NCBI GenBank assembly: GCA_040285825.1
Contig: JAUPSS010000007.1
Span: 1,710,689 to 1,774,688 of the forward strand
DNA length: 64,000 bases
Source of the DNA: Eukaryota sp. TZLM1-RC
Taxonomy: Eukaryota; Protista; Metamonada: BaSk clade
Reading direction: 5' to 3'
Shown here: positions 59,293 to 64,000 of the stretch, one piece after another
How the letters are laid out: the number at the start of each line of letters is the position of its first letter
How positions within the stretch are numbered: the first letter of the stretch is position 1
Position numbers and translations under genes: made by a program
Notes under the pieces: generated by a model
The model's database searches: none
Seen by the model: only the letters and a program-made list of their open reading frames with translations
Told to the model about the DNA's origin: nothing

Positions 59293-60470
59293 TTATACAT
59301 TAAAAGTAAAGCGCCACTTGTTTTCATCAACGATATCGCCACATTGGAGTTGAACAAGTGTATCATACAACTGCTGTGTAATAGGTCCAACCTTGAACTC
59401 ATTAACAACATAATCCTTGTCGTCCCAGCCCAATTGACCAACGGGAGCAATAGAAGCAGCGGTTCCTGAAGTAAGAAAATAAAAGAGAAAACATACCTGT
59501 GCCAAAGATTTCATTAAGATTACCTTCTTTGTGAGCTTCAACAACTTCATCAATACTGACATCACGTTCCTCAACAGTATAGCCGAGTTGTCTAGCAAGA
59601 TCAATAACACTTTTACGGGTAATACCAGGGAGAATACTTCCTTTGAGTGGGGCAGTGATGATGGTATCTCCAATCACAACAAACAAATTCATGGCACCAA
59701 CTTCTTCAAGGTATTTGTGATGGATTGCATCAAGCCACAACACTTGTTGATATCCTTTCTTAGCTGCAATTTTAGCAGCAAGTAATGAAGATGCATAGTT
59801 TCCGGCAACTTTGCGATCTCCGGTTCCACCAGGAGCTGCTCGGACATAATGAGGTTCAACAAGGATTTTGACAGGTTTGAAACCTGCTGCAAAGTAAGGA
59901 CCAACTGGACTCAAGATAATGAAGAAGGTAAACTCAGCTGATGAACTAAGGCCCAAAGCATCATTGAGTGACTCACCCATCATTGTAGGACGGATATACA
60001 TGGCAGTACCAGCTGATTTGGGCATGTACATAGCATCTACTTCAATCAGCTTTTGGCAAGCTGCAACAAAAAGATCTTCATCCACTTCAGGCATAGTGAG
60101 TCTTGAAGCTGAAAGGTTGAAACGAGCAGCGTTTTCATAAGGTCTAAACAAGGAGACTGCTTGACCATCTTTGTGGGGATAGGCCTTCATACCCTGGAGT
60201 CAAATAACCAATTAGACATACCTCGAAACAAGACTGACCATAGTGAAGAACTTTGGCTGATGGACTCATTTCAAGCGGACCATATGGAATGATTTTGGGC
60301 TCCTGCCATTCACCGTTAACATGTCTTACCACGAACATATGAGAGGTGAAATGTTTACCAAAACCGAGCTTGTCATCCTCAATAACGGGTTTGCGTTGAG
60401 ATGGATCACATCGAATAACCTGGATGCGATCGTACTGTGCTTTGAAGGTTTCAGAACCAGAGAAAGTCAT
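59293..60470 (-). CDS. ilvE: Branched-chain amino acid aminotransferase (3 exons 60470-60222, 60193-59497, 59465-59293; ~372 aa)
   Basis: 'LGFGKHFTSHMF','LHYGQSCFEGMKAY','YIRP','GGTGDRKVAGNY','EEVGAMN','ILPGITR','FGTGTAA' after splicing. Confidence 0.93.
59466..59496 (-). other. Spliceosomal intron, 31 nt (BCAT intron 2)
   Basis: gtatgt...cttACttcag; restores FGTGTAA. Confidence 0.92.
60194..60221 (-). other. Spliceosomal intron, 28 nt (BCAT intron 1)
   Basis: gtatgt...ttgACtccag; restores FEGMKAY. Confidence 0.92.
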
Positions 60471-60824
60471 AGTAATAGGGTGTCGAGTAATTAGCTCAAA
60501 AAATATTTTTGAACATCTTTTTGACTTTGGTGTCGCTTCAAAGAACAACACTACTCAAAGGGTAGAGTTGAAATCGCATCCAGTAACATATTCCACATCT
60601 GAGAAGGTAACTTTCATGAGCAGGACATCATACTGTAGGTCAGAGTTTTCAATAGCGCTCCATCTCCCTTATTTCTGCTTAGATTTCTGTAGTTGTTGGT
60701 AAGTTGATACAATAAACAATGAGGTTTTTGTGTTATTAAGCAGTATTTTTGTTTGTATTTAATTAACTCAATTCTGGGTTAATTCAAAACAATTTCATTT
60801 AATAGTTTGAATCAATACAACTTA

Positions 60825-60982
60825 TGTTGGCGCCCTAAGGCTTATATGTTATGATTAGAAAATAAATCAACCTTTTCCTCATTCACTTTTCCTCATTATC
60901 TTAACCACTTTTTCAACCTTCGGCATTAATAATAAGCTAATTTATTTTCTATTCATATTATAAAAGCCTAACGGCGCCAACA
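60825..60982. mobile_element. 158-bp element with ~43-bp imperfect TIRs (TGTTGGCGCC...GGCGCCAACA) and 4-bp TSD
   Basis: CTTA at 60821-60824 and 60983-60986; ends homologous to the ~100-bp repeat at 34.4/35.7/39.6 kb. Confidence 0.8.
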
Positions 60983-62130
60983 CTTATAAGAATACTTTAC
61001 ATTTGTTCATACATTATTGAGCACTTCATGAATTCAATTCCTGCAATACTGTTAAATTATTCTCTAATACTAGACAACTGAATGAAACTCTCTCATCAAT
61101 ATCTTTGGATGCCATACTACCATTTATTTTTCCTCTATGGAAGTATAGAAATCTATATTCCAAACGGTGGAAATCTCTATACGGGATTTCCGGTCCAACA
61201 ATGATCTGACTGTGCAGTGTGTTTAACTAACATTACCTTCACAAAAAAAATTACATAAAATTCTTTATTAGCTATAAACATTTAACAAAACAAAATTATT
61301 CACCCTTCTCCACTGCACAGCAAATAGGCAACTGTACCTCATAACCACTGACTCCACGTTGTAAATCTTGAATAATATCATTATCACTTTAAATAAAAAT
61401 TCAACAAGAACCTCATTGAAAAACTAACAAAAATGAAAAATCCTAAGGTCAACGTCAAGATTGCTTTCCATGATGAGGACAATAAAATTCCTCGAAGAGT
61501 CAAAATGACAGTTAAAGGAAGAGAAGACTGTTCACATCTATATTTTAAATTTGTTGAGCATAATAAATATAATGAGTTGAGAGACAAAATAATGCTTGGG
61601 TTAGCACAAGAAAGGAAGACAATAAACTAAGGGATTGCACACCCACTCTTTTTTATTAGTATTGTTGTTTTGTAGTTTTTGGTGTGTTTCTACAATAAAT
61701 TTATTATTGGTAAAATTATCAAGGATGAATTCTCAACACGTTTATTATGTTTAATTCGGAAGAATTTAACATCATATCACTTCAAATCACAGTAACGAGG
61801 TGATTATTGTTGATTTTTAAGTAGATAAGTTCTACAATGATCAGTTCTAGTCTAAAAGACCTAATCATCTGAGTCAATGATAACTTGAACACGTAAAGAA
61901 CAATGTGAGAATGATAAAAATCAGATGCTTCACTGCCACTGAGATGACAACCACAATAAGATCAATTAACCATGTGATCATAAGTCACAACTTGTCATTT
62001 AAAAACAATTGGTAGATAAGGTTGTGCTTATTTAAATTTACTCTCTGACCTGAATACTAAAATTAAATTTGAGAAAGAATAAAAAAATCATTTAATATGT
62101 ATAATTAATATTTATAGAACATACAATCTT

Positions 62131-63411
62131 CTAACTCATTCTAACCGAATACGACCCTTCACTTGCACCAGTAACGTATCGTACCCAACGAACACTTTCA
62201 TATCCACTATTCTCAATTACTTTGAGAAATTGTACCTTGATTCCTGAAGCAGCGTACATTGGGATGGAAAAGTTCACAGTGGCAGGAGGCCGCACCCACT
62301 TGATGGAAGTAGACTGAGTTGACAGTAGTTCAACATGAGAGGTGAGGACGAATTCTCTTTTTCCATGAAACTTTTTGATTTTCCAACTAATACCACCATT
62401 CTCCATGTCATACGTCGCTTTTCCCCCTCCTTGACTGACAGAAGACGAAACTTTGGCAGTAGATGGTGGTACTGGAATCAACATATCAAAGCTATTTGCA
62501 TGTTGGTGGGCACCAAAAGTAGATCGAACCACAACCATTAAATCCAGCTTATTTTGTCCAATTTCATTGATAACAATCTTACATACAAATGGTGGTTTTA
62601 AAACCTCAGATACCCTATAAGACATTAATTCAAACTCGCCATCAGGGGGGATAAAGTTGACAGTTCGTTCTAATTCTAAATCAGAAAGTCGCACACATTG
62701 AGCAAATGTCCAATCTTCAATGGATACTTGCTTTCCTGAAGTAGATCTGTTACCAGCAACCACTAACTTATCGTTCAGACCAAGTTTACATTCTGGCATT
62801 CCCGAGAGCTGACTCTTAACTACAACTTTACCTTTAATATCACAGTTCAAGACTTCACCATCCACGGACATCATCATTGAAATGTTCTCAACAAAATCCA
62901 TATAGATTTGGTTCTTTCTATGTTTAATACCTTGGGGTCTCCATGACACTTGCCCTGTTGCCTGAACTGTGACGTCTTCTGGCTGGGTCTTTTGGGACTT
63001 CCCTGCATTGGAAATAGTAAGACGTAAGATATCACCAGCAGTGTTCTGGGGGTATCCAAAGTCTATGGATTCATCAAGAAGTTCATAGAGAAGGACAAAG
63101 TTTGTTCGTATCGAGTCTTCAGTTATTTTACCACCAACGAACTGCTTGAATGTGTTCATCATTTGTTGGAGATATTCAAATACAGAGGCAGTGTTTGCAT
63201 TGGAGCGTGTAACAGCAACAAAGAAGACATTTTGTTCACGTATGTGGAAAAAAGTACATTGACCGAGTTTGGTGATTGGAGACCCAAACTCCTTGGCAGC
63301 GACAACTTTTGTACGGAAAAAGTCAGCTTCTGCACGGGATACATCACCACGGTAGCGACGCCAAATAAGAACTTCTCCTTTGGTGTTCAGTAAAAGTAAG
63401 GCGTTGATCAT
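62131..63411 (-). CDS. AP2M1: AP-2 complex subunit mu
   Basis: 'NTKGEVLIWRRYRGDV','NFVLLYELLDE..DFGYPQ','TVQATGQVSWR','LSGMPECKLGLND','FIPPDGEFELMSYR','RWVRY'. Confidence 0.9.
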   Translation of the reverse strand: MINALLLLNTKGEVLIWRRYRGDVSRAEADFFRTKVVAAKEFGSPITKLGQCTFFHIREQNVFFVAVTRSNANTASVFEYLQQMMNTFKQFVGGKITEDSIRTNFVLLYELLDESIDFGYPQNTAGDILRLTISNAGKSQKTQPEDVTVQATGQVSWRPQGIKHRKNQIYMDFVENISMMMSVDGEVLNCDIKGKVVVKSQLSGMPECKLGLNDKLVVAGNRSTSGKQVSIEDWTFAQCVRLSDLELERTVNFIPPDGEFELMSYRVSEVLKPPFVCKIVINEIGQNKLDLMVVVRSTFGAHQHANSFDMLIPVPPSTAKVSSSVSQGGGKATYDMENGGISWKIKKFHGKREFVLTSHVELLSTQSTSIKWVRPPATVNFSIPMYAASGIKVQFLKVIENSGYESVRWVRYVTGASEGSYSVRMS

Positions 63412-63507
63412 TGTTGCAAATGATGGCTAGGTCAAGGAATAAACGGTTAGTTGATAAAAATCTTGTCTAAGTCTAGTCTATAAAAATCTATTGGAATCCT
63501 TCTGTTC

Positions 63508-63554
63508 TCCACGCTGCTATGAGTTAAACCTATCCCCTTGAATTCAGGTTCGGA
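63508..63554. repeat. 47-bp dispersed repeat, copy 2
   Basis: Matches 15809-15855 with one mismatch; ~97 nt upstream of the AP2M1 ATG. Confidence 0.9.
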
Positions 63555-64000
63555 CTCTTGAGAAAGACGATTTTCTGGTTAATAGCTTATTTCTGAACCT
63601 TCACTGTTTTGAATGTGCGTGGTTGATAATAATATTGCATGGTGATTAATATTTATATAATATAATATATATAATAATATACAATTTTAGTGACGGTAGT
63701 ATTATAGGTGATTTAAATTGTTACTAAAAGTGCTAATACTCACCACATAACTAATAATTCCAAAATAAATATTATCGATTCATGTTTTATTATATTGTTC
63801 GTTCAAGTGTTGGTAAATAGAATAGTGTTGGTGAAAGAAGTGGTGTGGTGAAAGAGGATTTTATAATTATGTGTACAAAACGAAAACCACAGTTGAGCTT
63901 TTCGAGATAATTTCGCATCCTGCCTGCTGAATTAAGATCTGGTTTCCCTCACAGTTCAGAGAACACGCTAAAGCTGTTTTATGTGGGATTTTGCAATTAT

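Noticed and set aside
57163-60551. Apparent frameshifts in fprA and BCAT (also MER3) suggesting pseudogenes or programmed frameshifting
   Set aside because: All are resolved by canonical GT-AG mini-introns with a shared motif
61210-61630. 10-bp inverted repeat (ctgtgcagtg/cactgcacag) and a 65-aa ORF
   Set aside because: Too short, no clear TSD or recognisable motif; cannot be supported
910-63393. Numerous 60-140 aa ORFs overlapping host genes or TE fragments on other frames or strands
   Set aside because: Shadow ORFs with no independent motifs
435-63411. Alternative genetic code (TAA/TAG = Gln, as in hexamitid diplomonads)
   Set aside because: Conserved genes end at TAA or TAG at the expected C-termini, and long ORFs have no in-frame TAR

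Overview
AT-rich, gene-dense eukaryotic nuclear DNA in the standard genetic code. IFT172, a flavodiiron protein and tiny introns point to an anaerobic or microaerophilic flagellated protist; a metamonad-like identity is inference only. About 17 host genes are present: DNA pol epsilon subunit B, PP4 catalytic and PP4R3-like subunits, Efg1, IFT172, a P-loop kinase, the meiotic helicase MER3/HFM1, RBM28/Nop4, COMMD4, archease, an Rpp21-like protein, a flavodiiron protein, a branched-chain aminotransferase, AP-2 mu and several hypotheticals. Seven 27-36 nt GT-AG introns all end in the fixed-spaced motif nTnAC-nn-YAG. Intergenic DNA is filled with mostly 5'-truncated CRE/SLACS-like non-LTR retrotransposons (RT plus restriction-like endonuclease) from at least six families, often nested with readable target-site duplications (TSDs). 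It also holds a hAT-type non-autonomous element, a TA-flanked MITE, and a ~100-bp TG...CA repeat family with 4-bp TSDs found as an LTR-like pair, a solo copy and an inverted-repeat form. The most notable item is a decayed Fanzor (eukaryotic TnpB-like) gene. Its 3' end recurs at a second locus, and both copies carry an identical 16-mer exactly 15 nt upstream of a host ATG and Asn at the RuvC-III catalytic position.
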